A stretch of 64,000 nucleotides of DNA from Paraspadella gotoi (taxonomy: Eukaryota > Animalia > Chaetognatha): contig CM119263.1 in the NCBI GenBank assembly GCA_051294375.1, positions 17,032,171-17,096,170 on the forward strand. The letters are read 5' to 3'. Both the position numbers and the translations under genes were made by a program. This document shows, one piece after another, positions 24,066 to 37,964 of the stretch. Below the pieces are notes generated by a model. It was not told the origin of the DNA. It did no database searches and saw nothing but the letters and a program-made list of their open reading frames with translations. Every line of letters begins with the position of its first letter. Positions within the stretch are counted from its first letter, which is position 1.

Positions 24066-25510
24066 GAGAACGACGACTGTCATTAAGACGATGCCGGAAA
24101 CGACTACGTATGACCGGGAATCTGGAAAGGTAGAAATTGCAAAATTAATTAAAAAAAAAAAATTCTTTCCTCTTAATTTTTTAAAGGATTTCTTTTGGGA
24201 TTGATGGAGAGAGGAGAGTGTACGCTCGTAGGGAGAGGGGAAAGAGGGGAGAGAGAGAGAGAGAGATGAGAGACTGCGAGTGCAAGAGATTAAAACATTA
24301 CGCCGCTAACAGTACTCATCGCACAATTGAGCAACTTTATCCAAATTCTTCTTCATCGAACGAGATGTAATAACGCCAGCGAGCATGAGTGCGAACTTCG
24401 TGATTTCAGCTCATATATGCGTCTGAACTCTGAAATATGCAACTGGAGCGATGCGACCAGCGCAGAACCGAGTCGAAAACTGGTGCCATTCAAGTTAGGC
24501 CAAAGATTCGCTCTGGAAAACTCTGGCTAAAAAATAAAAAAATAAAACTAAAAAAACCGAATACCGAATACCGAATACTGAATAGTTTTGAAAATTTAAG
24601 CAATAACACTTATAAGAAGAAAAATCATAAGATCTTATCCAAAAATTATTATTTACATACGGTCGCATTACTAACCTTTTATAATAATTTCTAAAAATCC
24701 GTGATGTTTACTGGACCTCGTCATTTTTCAGCCCGGAACCGAAGAAAAAAAAAATAAGTGGATACCCGAAGCGCTATCACATCTCAGCCGCTGCCATCCA
24801 ATCCATTTTTTCCTCAAAAGGTCACGCATTTACGCGACATCAACAAGACTCGCTTTTTGACTCGAAAATAAGGAATGTCTCTGAATGTTTTCAAATATTT
24901 ATGTGGGCTGTTTGTTCGCGAGTTAGTATGTACGTATTTCCTAAATCTGTACAATGGGCAGAGATATATAGCAATTTTTTGGTCTAAAAAGACTAATATA
25001 GTTTCTTTTTTTGTGAGTGCACCATCGTAAAGTAAAATGGCTAATTTTTCAAAATTTTTAAAAATAAATAAGATTTTAAATTTAAAAATAAGGTTAGAAG
25101 TTAGCGCAAGCGGTTAGATTAGGGTTAGAGACTAAAACTAAAAATGTAAGTTAAAAGGAAAACTAAGTGTGTTAAATATTTCAACATAAGAGATGAAGTC
25201 CTCATTCAGAAACGGTTAGAAATATAAATTGTTGAAAAAAAAATCTCAGCCATGATGACCATTGAATCACTCGACATGGACGGAACGCTTACTAATATAA
25301 CAGGTTTACTTCCCCCTTTAAAAAGTCTTTTCAACTTCATCTTGCAAAATGAACGTCGATGAAGCGATACCGTTTAGCCTCTCGCAGTCTCGTCTACTTC
25401 GCGTGAATGGGCGTCGATGTCATGGTAACGACATCGAGCCTCGTCTCGGCGACGGCATAAAGTATCGTCCAGGGATCACGACGTCGAATTTGGGTGAAAG
25501 ATGAAGTGAG

Positions 25511-25536
25511 AAGAGAGAGAGAGAGGAGAGAGAAGA

Positions 25537-25618
<82 letters not shown>

Positions 25619-25645
25619 GAGAAGGAGAGAGAGAAAGAGAGGAAA
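25511..25645 (+). repeat. Interrupted (AG)n microsatellite
   Basis: Polypurine dinucleotide run. Confidence 0.95.
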
Positions 25646-26039
25646 GGGGAAGACGTGAATGAGTCTTAGGGGGAAGTAGAAAACGGGGGGTAAGCGAATG
25701 GAAAGAGGAGGAAGGATTTTTGAGGAAATAATTTTGGGGAAATCTTTATTATATTATAAAGAATATAATTATTTAAAAAAAATAAATAAAAATGAAATAG
25801 TAATCACATGTGAGGAGGGCAAGGAGATTAATTTTATTAAGTGTTATTATTGTTATTAAGTGTAAAAATAAAATTGAAAAATATCGAAAAAATTGTCAAA
25901 GATGACAATAGAGGAAAAAGAGATGTTTACAATTTTAACATTCATTGTGACAAAAGCCCAAATCTACTGGAAGAAGAGAAAACAAGCCCCTCTTTCTGTG
26001 TCTCTCCCTCCATTTATCTCCCTCTCACTCACTCGTTTA

Positions 26040-26042
<3 letters not shown>

Positions 26043-26126
<84 letters not shown>
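26043..26126 (+). repeat. (CT)n microsatellite
   Basis: Pure dinucleotide run. Confidence 0.98.
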
Positions 26127-26130
<4 letters not shown>

Positions 26131-26819
26131 GTTTATCGGCGGGGAAATCTTAATCACTGATTTGTCCTCCCTTTTCCTCTTTTTATTGTTCTAACGAACT
26201 TTTCTTTGGAATGAACTCGCGGATAAGTCGTGAAATAATTTCCCCGGGCCGTGACGAAACGGTGTAAAAGTTAAACGAAGGGAATTCGGTGAATGTTGTC
26301 ATTTTCACGAGGCCGTAAAAGTTAGAGGGGTGGGGTGAAGCGCCCGCCCTGCGGACCCCGGGGGCATTGACTTTTGAAAAGCTTTCAATGGGGGAGTTGA
26401 AACGGATGAATAAAGAATAGACTACTGGCGAGGGACAGAAGAGAAAGCTAAGTTTAGAGTGTTGGGAAGTCGCTAGAGAATTGTAGATGAGGGGAGCCTT
26501 GTTGAAAAGCTAGGGATTTGGGGAAAAGAGGTAGGTTAGGTTTCATGAAGCAAGCAACCGATGTTTATCTAGCTATTAATTTAAATAAAAACCACTAACA
26601 GGTTAACGAGCAGGGATTATCACTACGACGAGAGCGGGGAAGAAAACCGGGGCGAAGATGACGAAGAAGACGATCCGGAGAAAAAAGGCATTAGTCACCA
26701 TTTCGACGAAAATTTTATCCTCTCCCACTTTTTTTTTTTTATCTTTCCTCCTTATCTTCCGAGGGGTCTTTAAACGGAGAAACGACGGGGGAGAGAGAGA
26801 AGAGGAGAGAGAAGAAGAG

Positions 26820-26863
<44 letters not shown>

Positions 26864-27579
26864 GAGAGAGAAGAGAGAGAGAGAGGAGAGAGAGAGAGAC
26901 TGTCGGGGATAAAGAGACGACGAAAGTGAGAAACGGATGACCTTTGACCTGACGGCGGGCAAAGCACCCCGGCGACCCACGGTGCCCGAGGACCTCAGGC
27001 GGCGGAGGGATGAAAAAAAAAGTCGGTCCCTCGGTGTTCACCTGTTTCTTTCCGTGCTTTAGTGAGGGCTTATGTTGCGGCGCTTTGAGCCTTTTCACCG
27101 ATTTTATTCGCCAGGTTTACTTTGCAGGCTCTTGAAAGCAGCACTTATTGCTATTGACTGTTCGTTGATTATATAAAGAGTTTTCGTTCAGTTGTTGTCT
27201 TTGTTTCTGTCTCCAGAAAGATTCTTTAAATTACCTTTATTTCTTACCCGACCAGATGGTTTTCCCCCGAAGATATGGCGACATAAGTTTTTTTTTTTGT
27301 AACCGAACCACTATTCATTCTATAAAATTACGGACATCTTTTTTAAACTGGCAACGATCTTCCAACTACCCACTTTCGTCTCTCAATCCCTACTCCTTCC
27401 AGTCTCAAGACGTAAGTCCACTTTCGGTGGATCCGGAAGGACGAAAAATCAATGACTACAACAACCAGGGACCGGATCGTCGGTTCGGCGATGTCCTTTT
27501 TTTCATTAATCTTCTTGATTAAAAACCGTCTCCGCCATCTGCCGGGATGAATAAACGCTCACCTGGAAATTGGACGCGG

Positions 27580-27809
27580 NNNNNNNNNNNNNNNNNNNNN
27601 NNNNNNNNNNNNNNNNNNNNNNNNNNNNNNNNNNNNNNNNNNNNNNNNNNNNNNNNNNNNNNNNNNNNNNNNNNNNNNNNNNNNNNNNNNNNNNNNNNNN
27701 NNNNNNNNNNNNNNNNNNNNNNNNNNNNNNNNNNNNNNNNNNNNNNNNNNNNNNNNNNNNNNNNNNNNNNNNNNNNNNNNNNNNNNNNNNNNNNNNNNNN
27801 NNNNNNNNN
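27580..27809. other. Assembly gap (230 N)
   Basis: Run of N. Confidence 1.
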
Positions 27810-27904
27810 AAAAAAAAGGTAAATTATTCGCACAAACAAAAGCGAAAGGCAAACATTCGAGGGCCAAGATTAGAGAGGGCGGGGAACTCGAAAAGCTTCG
27901 CGAC

Positions 27905-27929
27905 NNNNNNNNNNNNNNNNNNNNNNNNN
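27905..27929. other. Assembly gap (25 N) directly before copy B
   Basis: Run of exactly 25 N. Confidence 1.
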
Positions 27930-28245
27930 TCAGATCCCTACCCCGTATCATCCCACCTCTTCTATTTTTTTTTTTTAATCTTTTTTCTTTCTAATCCTTT
28001 TTTGTTTCTTCCCTACGTCGCTATTCGCAGTATCTACTCCCAACTCTTCTTCTTTTTTTTCTCGACTTTCTTTCTTCTATTTTCTATCCTCTTTTTTGTT
28101 TTCCCACGACCTATCGCCCCGATCTACTCCCCACTCTTTTCTTTTTTTTTATCCGATCTTCTTTCAATCTTTCTAAATCCTCTTTTCTTTGTTCTTCCCT
28201 CGATCGCCTATCGCCCCGTATCTATTCCCCACCTCTTTTCTATTT
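27930..28245 (+). repeat. Same minisatellite in copy B, at least 3.5 noisy units (mirrored at 47514-47829)
   Basis: Four cccacctc-like unit ends at ~27952, ~28038, ~28129 and ~28228. Confidence 0.8.
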
Positions 28246-28660
28246 TTCCTTCGTTTATCCGCCGTAGAGCGATTGAGCTTCGCAAAAAGCGCCATCATTT
28301 TCTCATTATTGCGGGCACGATTAAAGCCACAGATGCCACTTATCGGGATTTAAAAGCGGTGCGCCGCGACGCAGATGGACGATCGAACGTTTAATCGCCG
28401 ATACTCTTCAATTTTCCACGAGAAAGGAGAGTAAAGTGGTCGTTCTATTTACAAAAGATAATTTTGAAAAGCAAAAAAATGTTCTGTACGTTCTACTATT
28501 TAAAGAACTAACAAGTTATAAAAATTTCCGTTCCTTTAACAACACACAACGTTGGTAATTATTTTTATTTTAAATAATGAGTAATTAAAAGAGAATTGCT
28601 ACCTGATTTACTCCTCTCCTCATTTCAAAGACAAACAAGCGAAGAAAATGCACTAACTAC

Positions 28661-30894
28661 CTTTGAGAATGTTTACGATGGCGAAGTAGGTAATCCGAGG
28701 GTATGAGCTTGGCAAAATCAGAGACGCTGGAGACGAGAAGATGCATTTTCGACGCGACCGCTGTTTTGGAGATCCGAGGTCCGAGGCTCGATCGAACCCG
28801 CCGCGGATCCCGAGGCTGGGTTCAAGTGGGAGCGGTCGTTCGGGGGCCTCGAATCAATTTTCTCGATCGGGGACATCGGGCCGAGGGGCTTACTGGGACG
28901 TGATCGTCCGCGGTTAGCCTTTTCTCTCGCGAAAGGACACAGGGTGGGACATGATCCGATCACTACTGGCTGTGATTCGGAGTTGGCGACGAGCGCGAGA
29001 GCCTTTCGACGACGCCGATGATTGTGCAGATCCGGAGAAACCTGTCGCTCGAGATTCCTACTTCCGCTTTCAGTTTCGCGTGCGATGGCGAGGGGACGCA
29101 CCGGCATGAAGTCCTTCATGGATTGACTTTGGATGAAGACACCGATGATAGTTGGCGACGAAGACAACGATGAATTTTATCGGCGACGAGAGACGACGAT
29201 GGAGCGGGCAGGATGGCGCGAAGACGACGGCGACGGCGAGACGACCAGACGGAGGACGGCCGCTTCGACCCATTGAGGATGACTTTTGGGGATGACAAGA
29301 GACGAAAGCAACGACGAAATGCCGAAGGGGTAATGTCTCCGTTGCCGAGTTTGTACGAAAAGTTTGGACGAAGCAATTCATCGTCACCCGTCGCTGGACC
29401 TCCTCCGTTTGCAGCTCGTCCCGTCGCCGCGCTATCTCGCGGGCTCATGTCCTTCGTCGCTCCAGCGAAGGACGACTGCAAAGGCGCACCAGTTTGTCTG
29501 CAACACGTCGAAAAGCGCAGGACTCCGGGATGCGACAAACTCGGAAAGCAGCAGCCGGCCGGCCGCCGCGGAAGGCCGGGCGGCGGCAGCTGGCCGGCGG
29601 AGGAGGAGACGCAAAGGTGGAAGGCTGAGCGCGGGGTTTCGTGCGACGGCCACGAGATAAGGCGTGCGGACGTCGATTGACGCCCGAGAGGGGACGTCGG
29701 CAGCTCCAATTCGATCACTGGAAGAGCTCGGAAGGGGGACCTGCTTGTCGGGAGTCGGCCGAACGGGACTTTTGAGGCTCTCGTGGGTGACGTGGGATGC
29801 ACTTTGGCAAGGGGAGATCATCGAGCGAAGCTGCGCGTCCAGACAGCCGGCCGCGCCCGTCGTGAGGAAATCGAGATTCTCGCGAATGTATCGGTGAGAA
29901 AGAAAGGAATGAATCTTGGAGATGTCTTCTCTGAAGGATATGGGACATTGAGCACTTCGCATTTTTGCCAAAAAAACCCGATAGGAAGAAATAGGCTTCT
30001 TATGGAGTATGGGGAGGTCACGAATAATCTCAGTCTGACAGTGTAAGGAATTGGCTCTACGGAAGATGAACTTTGATATGGATGTTTTAAAGGATTAAGC
30101 TGTGTCCGTTTTCGGGAGTGTTTCTTCCGAAATTCCGTCATGAGATAAATCGAAGAAACCAGCTCGACCGTTTCGTCATTGTCGGAGCGGCGGAAGCTTG
30201 CATCTCCAAGATCATAAGCGCGCGCATTTCTCGTCGTTCGTAGATCCGTCGCCATTTGTTGGCGTCCCGAGGCGGGCGTTAACGCCGCCGCCCGCAACGT
30301 CATATCCTTCCATTTCTATCGGTTTGCCCTCTCTTCGGTAAGGCCGCCGGGGTGGGGGGAACCGGGAGCACATGGGCCGCGCCTTAGGTCTCTCGAGCAG
30401 CCTCGACGCTTTCGGGCGCGGCCGCTTTCTTCAGAGCCGTCCGGTTCGCGAAACAGTGACTCGGAAATGGGATACGTCGAATCGGCGATTGGACTGTACA
30501 GATCCTACGAGAGGCTGGTTTGGGCCCAGGAGTAGCCGCCTCGGAATGCGGTGTCGGGCATCAGCGGCTGAAGGAATGTCAAAGGCTGGATGTGCCTGCG
30601 GTCGAATTTTGGCTAAGATTAAAGGCATAATATCGGGTGGGATGGAATCGGCGGGAGGTCGTGCACGGGGTGGGCAGGCCTCGGGCCCGTCGGCGCTCTT
30701 CCGTCTTTGAAAAGACCAACTCCGTGGTGGACCCGATGGTGGAGTCATCGGGCGTCAAGGCACGTCTTTTCCGAGGATTCGTCCCGCCGGAAGCTGCGGC
30801 CCGGCGAAGCCATCGTGGCGTCGTGATTGGAGTTCGAAGCTGCGTCAGCCTCGAAAGCGGTGACGTCCCCAGGATGTTGAGGAGGAGTCGTCAT
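28661..30894 (-). pseudogene. Frameshifted image of the 11032-13157 exon in copy B (most likely sequencing error, not a true pseudogene)
   Basis: Peptide fragments of the intact exon survive in shifting frames (AFEADAASNS, DLRTTRNA, TPSAFRRC, GSAAGSIEP), with many frameshifts. Confidence 0.5.
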
Positions 30895-33276
30895 TTCGTC
30901 CTGCAAAAAACGAATTCGTTTTAGGTTTTTATTTTTGTGTTTTAGCTGAAGATGAAAATTGGAGCGTTTCGGGGAAAATAGAGCCAAATATTTTGGATTT
31001 GTTTTTATCGTGAAAATTTAATATATTATAATTTTATTTCTCTCGCGTCTAGATAACATTTATTTATAAAAACATAAAGAAAGGCACGAACAATATTATT
31101 TGAAAATAAAACCCTAATTCATTTAAATTTACCTTTGATTACTATACGGTTCCTCTCACGGAAAAAAAGAAAAAAGAATTCTGCGATAATTCGCCCGATT
31201 TCTAGATCGAAATGCTGCACTCGATTCTGTATCACTATTTCGTCAAACGGTCCTTTTTAACGTCCGTCCGAACAGTCCTAAGCCGAACAGACGGTCTTTC
31301 GCGAACCGAACGACAGACCCGTTCGGGAATACCGCTTTGTCACCAGAACAATTCCCGGGTCAAGAGGGCGTGCTGTTGGTCGACTGCGCCCATTTGTTTT
31401 GTGATCGGGAATAAATACAACAGCTTTTTATTTGCCCGCGTCGCAATCGTGCGTTGATGGCCATTTGACAGAAAATTCTTGAGATGGCATTAGACAAGCG
31501 CCGACGACGAACATCGCGCAATGTGACGCGCTAGTATGTTGAAAGCCAAACACGGCGAGATGCGAAAACGCCAAGTGTCAGTGACGTGCTGTTGGCGGAA
31601 GGAATAAGCGGGAAAATTTTATGTTTTTTTTTAATTATTCCGTTGCTAGTAACGATTTTAGTTGGCGGGGTTTAAAATTTGAGGCAAAACTTCCGGTTTT
31701 ATTATATATCTATTCTGGTGTTATTTGGTCTTTCCTTTAAAAAAAATGGATACAAAAAGACGATGAGTATTTTTTTTTTTTCTGCGATGACTTTTTTTTT
31801 CTTTTTTTTGTTAGTATCTTTAGTCCTTTATAGTTTATTGCGCGATATTTTATTTTTATTTTTTTTCTGTTTTGTTCCTTTAAGTATTTAAGCTATTTTT
31901 TATTTTCGGTGCGTTTTTTTTTCGGGTTTTTTTAGAGCATTTGTTCGGTTTTTGATGTGTTATCTCCCTCGATTGGCTCCCCTAAGAAAAAGACAGAGAG
32001 AGAAGAGAGGAAGAGAGAGAGGAGAGAGAGAGATGAGAGAGAGAGGAGAGGGAGAGAGAGAGAAGAGAGGACTGAGGAGAAAGGAGAGTGGAAGCCGCCG
32101 CGCCGGCTTTTTGTCCCGTCGATGATATTTGCAAAAGGATTCGTAAAAGGCGGGCAGAGCCGAATCGTTCGTCTCTGGCATCCACTCCTGTTAGTCTGGA
32201 GGGTTGGCAGGCAGGGGGCGGCGGGGTGCTGGATAGTAGTGGGTCGCATGGGGAAGCAAAATGGGGTGAGCTAAGAAAAAGGAAAATGAAAATTCGAGTA
32301 CCATAATTGAGGAAGCAAGGGAGATGGAAAAAAAAAAAGAATTGCTATTAATTTTAAATAATTTACAAATATATTTAAATCTAATAATATAATTAAATAT
32401 TCTAAAAGATTTTCATCACTAATCATTTTTGCCAGTTGATCAACAGTGGGCCGGGAGTGTTGACATAATTGTAAATTTAATAATTTTTTTACAGTAATCG
32501 TCCAAGATTTATTTCAAAAATGAGGTCGGGCTGGAAAAGAATAATTATAATGAAGGAGACTTTATATATTATATTGTCAATATTAGAGCGGTTTATTCGT
32601 ATTTTTTTTTGCTCTTGATACATAACGTACTAAAACACGACACGAATAACCAATCATGAGATGAGTTTTAAAAAGATCATCCCGACGAATAGATTCGGAT
32701 CAGTGAGCTCAGACCAGTAATAATCAAGGTATCAAGCGACAAAATTGTAATTTGTTACAATTTTTCATTTGATTGTAAAAACCGTCTTTTCAGAGACTTT
32801 TTCCAGAAAAAAACCCTTTAACCAAAGCTGAGAGTGATTCTCTTGAGATTTGCACAACGACTAACGGGGACATCGTTACCTTCCTCATCAAAGGGTCGAA
32901 CCTGTTTATGTGTTTTCTGCCAATTACTACACCGTCCACAGCCGGCGCTCGTTGTAATGTATTTGACAGCTAAAGAGAAAGAGTCACGGGGAAATTGAGG
33001 AAATGGCTGAGCTTTCTCTCTCTCTCCTCTATTTCTTTCTCTCTTTCTCTATTACCCGCCTAGTTTTGCCCGCTCGTCTCTCTTTTATTTGCACTTCTGA
33101 CTTATTTTCCCTTGTGTGACGGATTTCAATACTTACCGGTATGGATCGCATGGTCATACTTGTTTATGACATTTGGGTTGAGGAATTACTGTGATTACGG
33201 GCTGACGATTTTTTTTTTTCACCTTTGATTTTATTGCGGGTTTTTTTCCGATATTTCGACACTCTTTCTACCCTTT

Positions 33277-33352
<76 letters not shown>

Positions 33353-36300
33353 GCCCTTTCCCTCTCCCTCTATCTCTGCTTCCTTTCCCAGTTAGCTCGA
33401 TACCCGGACTCGTAATTCTTGCCCATGAGGTCGACGCATTTCTCGCAGATTGCTGTGGTTAAGGTGGTGTTTCGTTGTTGTTGTTGGTGTTGTGTTGTAG
33501 TTGTATAATATGTTTTTGCTAATAAGGGTTTTTGTTGCTGCAGGAGTTATTCGAAAACCTGAGATGATTTTGGGTTATAAAATTATATTTGATAATATAC
33601 GTGAACACATATATAATGAAAAGTAATTAAATTAATTTGATGACCCTCTTCAAAAAAGTTTTAGTAAACAAACAAAATGAAATCTCGACCGATAAAGAAC
33701 TTAACTTCAATTTTAAAAAATTTATAGGTTTTGTTTTTGTTTACAGCCAGTTTATTTGTAGAATCAAAAAAGAGGATAATTTTAGCACGTTAAAAACAGT
33801 TACCTAAACAGTAAATTATAATTTTAAACCATTTTAGTAACCTATACATAATTTAAAAAAAAAAAAGACATCTGAACAATCACATATATATCTCGTGGCA
33901 AGTAAACCTTGGTTGAACAAGTCAGATCGACCGATGTCAGAGTTGGGCTACCTCACACCGCAATCGAAGGTCGTGACATACTCATGCGCTGGTTCAAACC
34001 TCGGGTCATGGGGTGTGGGGGTCGCAATGTGTGTGTGTGTTGTGGTGGTGTGAGAAGAGAGAGAGAGAGAAAGAGGAAGAGAAGAGAGAGAGAGAAGAGA
34101 GAAGGAGAGAGATGATGAGAGAAGAGGCGAGATAGAGAGATCCGGATTTTGATTAGCGAAGACGGGATTCTGTCCCGCCCATGTGTGCAGCCGAATAAAA
34201 CGATGGGTCCATCAAAAAAATCTGGAAGGGCTGCGGGAGGGCTTGGCGGTCGGCTTCGTTGCCGCGGCGGTCAGCGCGGAGATTCGTTTTTGGATTTTTG
34301 GGCTGAATGTGGTTGAAACGCGGCTCGGTTTGTGACTGCGTCTCAATTGGAATTTTGATTTTCATAAATTTCTTCAAATTAGATGTTTTGTCATTTCTTT
34401 GTTATTTGAAAATTATTCTTTTGTAGCTTCGTTTCTGTCCCCTAGTGGGGGGGTGGCATGTGACCACTGAAACTGCAGGATCAAACTTCTGTAGAATGTT
34501 TTACCCAGACAATTACAGGGATTTGTATGGAGTTATGTGAAAGCGTTAAAAAATTGGCTTTTAAAACGATTTGAGGCCATTACGTATTAACTTTATGGTT
34601 TCTTATCATTTTTTGTTCGTATTCGTTGTTTGCATGTTAAAATTTTTTATTATTGGCATTTTGATTATTTTAGCCAGCGATAGCTTATAGTGAGATGCAA
34701 GAGTATATTTATAGGTAAATTGCTAGTTTGATTATTTAACATTATTTGTTTGAAGTTTCTCTGTCTGTCATGTTTAAAATTTGCCTTTTAAATTTATTCG
34801 AGTAGGTTTAAAAATGTTGAAAAGTGGCCTCGTATCGAGATTCAGAGGGGTGGTTCTCTTTTCGGATTCAAGGTTACAACGAAATTCACGGTTGACGGTT
34901 TCGGTCGTTTAAAGGAGCAAGGTTTTCGGCTTATGAGTCACGTGGGATTTGGTTTAATGTGAAAAAATTCGAGAATATTTTGATTCATTTCGAATAAGGG
35001 CAAAAAAGCTTTTTGTTTTTCTGTGTCTTGTGTTTTTGTTTCATGGATGTTGTTAGATTTCATTTTATTCCGTCCGAAGATTTGTTTTAATTTAATTTAT
35101 TTTGAAAAACAATTTAGTGTTTTATTTTACACTAATTTATCTCACTTTGTGCTATTCTTGAAGTTTCCAATGATTGTAAATTTAAGGAACACAGTCATTC
35201 CTAATATTTAAAACCAACCAACCGAAATTCTAAACAGTTCGTCGCGATAAGGATTCCATCGGTTTGCCACGCATTGCTGCAGCATCAAAAAAAAAAAGAA
35301 CATCAGACAATTAAGAAGCGCAAAGCGTTGTGCCATCAAACAGCGCCATTATCACTGCGCACGATCAAGCTTCAGAAGCACACTGAAAAAAAAAAGCAAC
35401 CCTTTTCAATCTGGCTCCGCAAGAAAAGGAAGAAGAAAAAAGGGTTTCCTTTATACGTATGCTTTCATGATGGTGGAGGATAATTATAAATAGAATAATT
35501 ATACACAAACTGAAATGAATTATATAGGTCGCAAAAAAAAGAAGAATTTATATCAGTGAAAGATGAGTCTGACGGAGAAAAAAAACTTGAGCGATAAATC
35601 TGCACTATAGGATCGAGGCAGAGAGAAAAAAATACAATAAAAGATGGGAAGACGAACTGAAATGTAGGAACCTAATTGTGCGATAGGACACCGTTCGATG
35701 TCCTGATGACGGTGACGGGTTCTGTGACGCAGTTCAAAAGTGGGAACCTCACAGCGGCGAAAGAATTGAAGGGAGAGAGAGATAGAGGAAAGGAGAGAGG
35801 AGGGAGAGAGGAGAGAAGATGGGCGCCCGGGGCGGGAAAGCGAGGGATTAGAGAGAGATGGAAGAGGGAGAGAGAGATGAGGAGAGAGAGAGAGAGAGAG
35901 GAGGACGCCAAGAATGCACTGTGGGGGTGCAGTAGTTGCGGCGCGGGCGCGGTCTTGGCGCTCGGAGGACGGTGGAGAGCTGAAGCGTCGCCGGGGTGCA
36001 GGGGAGAGGAGCGAACTGAGGGCAGCATCAGAGGAGAGCGGAGGAAGAAGAGGAGGAAGATGACGAGGAGGAGGAGGAAGGCGATTCGCCGGTTTATGCG
36101 TGGGAATCGAAAATTCCCGATTGATTTATTTCAAAGAAGGCAGAGAAAAAATAAAAAAGGAGTGAAAAAGGGCGAGAGATTCTGGAGTTCTTTCTTCGGC
36201 CTCTCGGCGCTCCGTGCTCTGGCGCGACGACGATTTTTGGAAAAAAGGCTCTTCCCCTGAAAAAAAAATCGGCAGGAGGTGGGCGTGGGCGACGACTAAG

Positions 36301-36496
36301 AGACGACGACGAGTTTGGGCTGGGAACGACCTCCGTCGAGTGGGAAACGGGCCCCAATTCTGGTCTCCGTCGTTTACCCTCTTAACCGGCGGAGGTTTAC
36401 TTCATTTTTTTTTTTATTTTCCGCGAGATGAAGACGAGTGAATCGAAAAGAGGGGTTTAAAACGCGTAAGAGTCTATCGTTGGAGAGTGTGTGAGG

Positions 36497-36542
<46 letters not shown>

Positions 36543-37932
36543 TGAGAGTATTTCTTTTTTTTTTGTTTGCTTGCAATGTTTTTTTCTTTTCAGTCTGTGC
36601 AAAGATGTTTGAATTAAAACAACCTTTTTTCCGAGTGAAAGAGACTGGGGGTTCGAAGAGGGGAAGTATGACTTTAAGAGACCCGTTTAGAGCTTCGTAC
36701 ATTCTTTTTGTTGTGTGATGCGCAATTTTTTTTTTTAAATATTTGTGTTTTAATTAATGTTTTTTTCGGGATATCAGACCCCTTTAAAGAATGGACATGG
36801 CATTTTTTTTGTTCGTAATTTGATTCCCACGTGTTGCCAAAGGTGAGTGGTATTAAAAAAGAAGGAATTAGTACATTCGGTTGCTAAATTTGTTTTGTTT
36901 TTTCAATTTTTTTTTTTAGGCGTAATATTTCGGGTCGTTGTAGGTTTTACTTGTATGTTTAAATGCGAAAAAGAGTTTTGTTAAAAAAGGTTTCGTTGCT
37001 TAAGATTAAATGATCCGTAATTGTGTTAAAATATATGTTTTTCTGGTTTTTTTCGTTGTTTGTATTCATTAGAACGGTTTAGAAGACTATCTTTTTTAGC
37101 GTATCGAGTTAAATCTTTAACACGTTGTGTTCACAACAGCAATTTCAGATTGGATTAAGAGAGAGAGAAAATGCGATTCGATTTTTATTTGTTTCAGTTG
37201 TTCGTGCGCAGACGATTTGTGAGGATTTTAGTAATTATTTTTGAATGCCTTCAAGTATTACAGAATAATTTATCCAGCATTTTGCTTAACTCCTTATGAG
37301 TTGGGTGTGAAGGCGGTTTACATTTTCAAGTGAGAGTCGACGAGAAAAGATTCCATGCTTTATTTCTTCCTGTCCTTTTATCGGAACGTTAAATTTCGGC
37401 AGGACTTTTTTAATAATTTACATTTGAATGCTCCTTGTGATGAGGTTAAAATTCAATAAATGATTTTCCTTTACTATGTGTCAGGAAAATTGTAGTGTAA
37501 AGGCTTTCTTTGGCTTTGTTTTCAAAATATTGTGTCAAATATGCGAAAAGCGAGTAAAAATTTTAATAACATTAAGAAACTTTCATCGTAATTTTTTTTT
37601 GAATTTGATCATAGTATGTAGTCTCTTAACAGTTTAATTTTCTATAAATTACTCGTTTGTAAAAATAAATCAACAAACCAATATTTTTTGTTCGTGGTCG
37701 TCCTGTCGTCTTGTCTCATCGTCGGCGCCGCATCGTCGTCGGCAACATTGAGATGCGTAGGCGGGGGAGATGAAAGGAAGTGGCGCGGATGCGCCTTGAT
37801 TAAAAGGAGGAAGGGATTTAGGGATTGGGGGGAAGTTAACCTGGGGGAGGGGGTATGAGAGAACGGAGAGGAGCGCGTGGCACTCACATTTGTATTCCTT
37901 CAGATTGCGATCTCACGCGTTTCGGCTTCTCT

Positions 37933-37964
<32 letters not shown>

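Noticed and set aside
25091-25130. Telomere-like TTAG(G) motifs
   Set aside because: Only a few degenerate, non-tandem units.
27519-28394. ORFs containing poly-X (also 47020-47562)
   Set aside because: Read through assembly N-gaps.
28703-30987. Dense cluster of overlapping 66-228 aa ORFs, repeated at 48287-50571, resembling a gene cassette or programmed-frameshift/editing system
   Set aside because: They are fragments of the single intact 11028-13244 frame, broken by indels that are equally dense in non-coding sequence. This fits read error.
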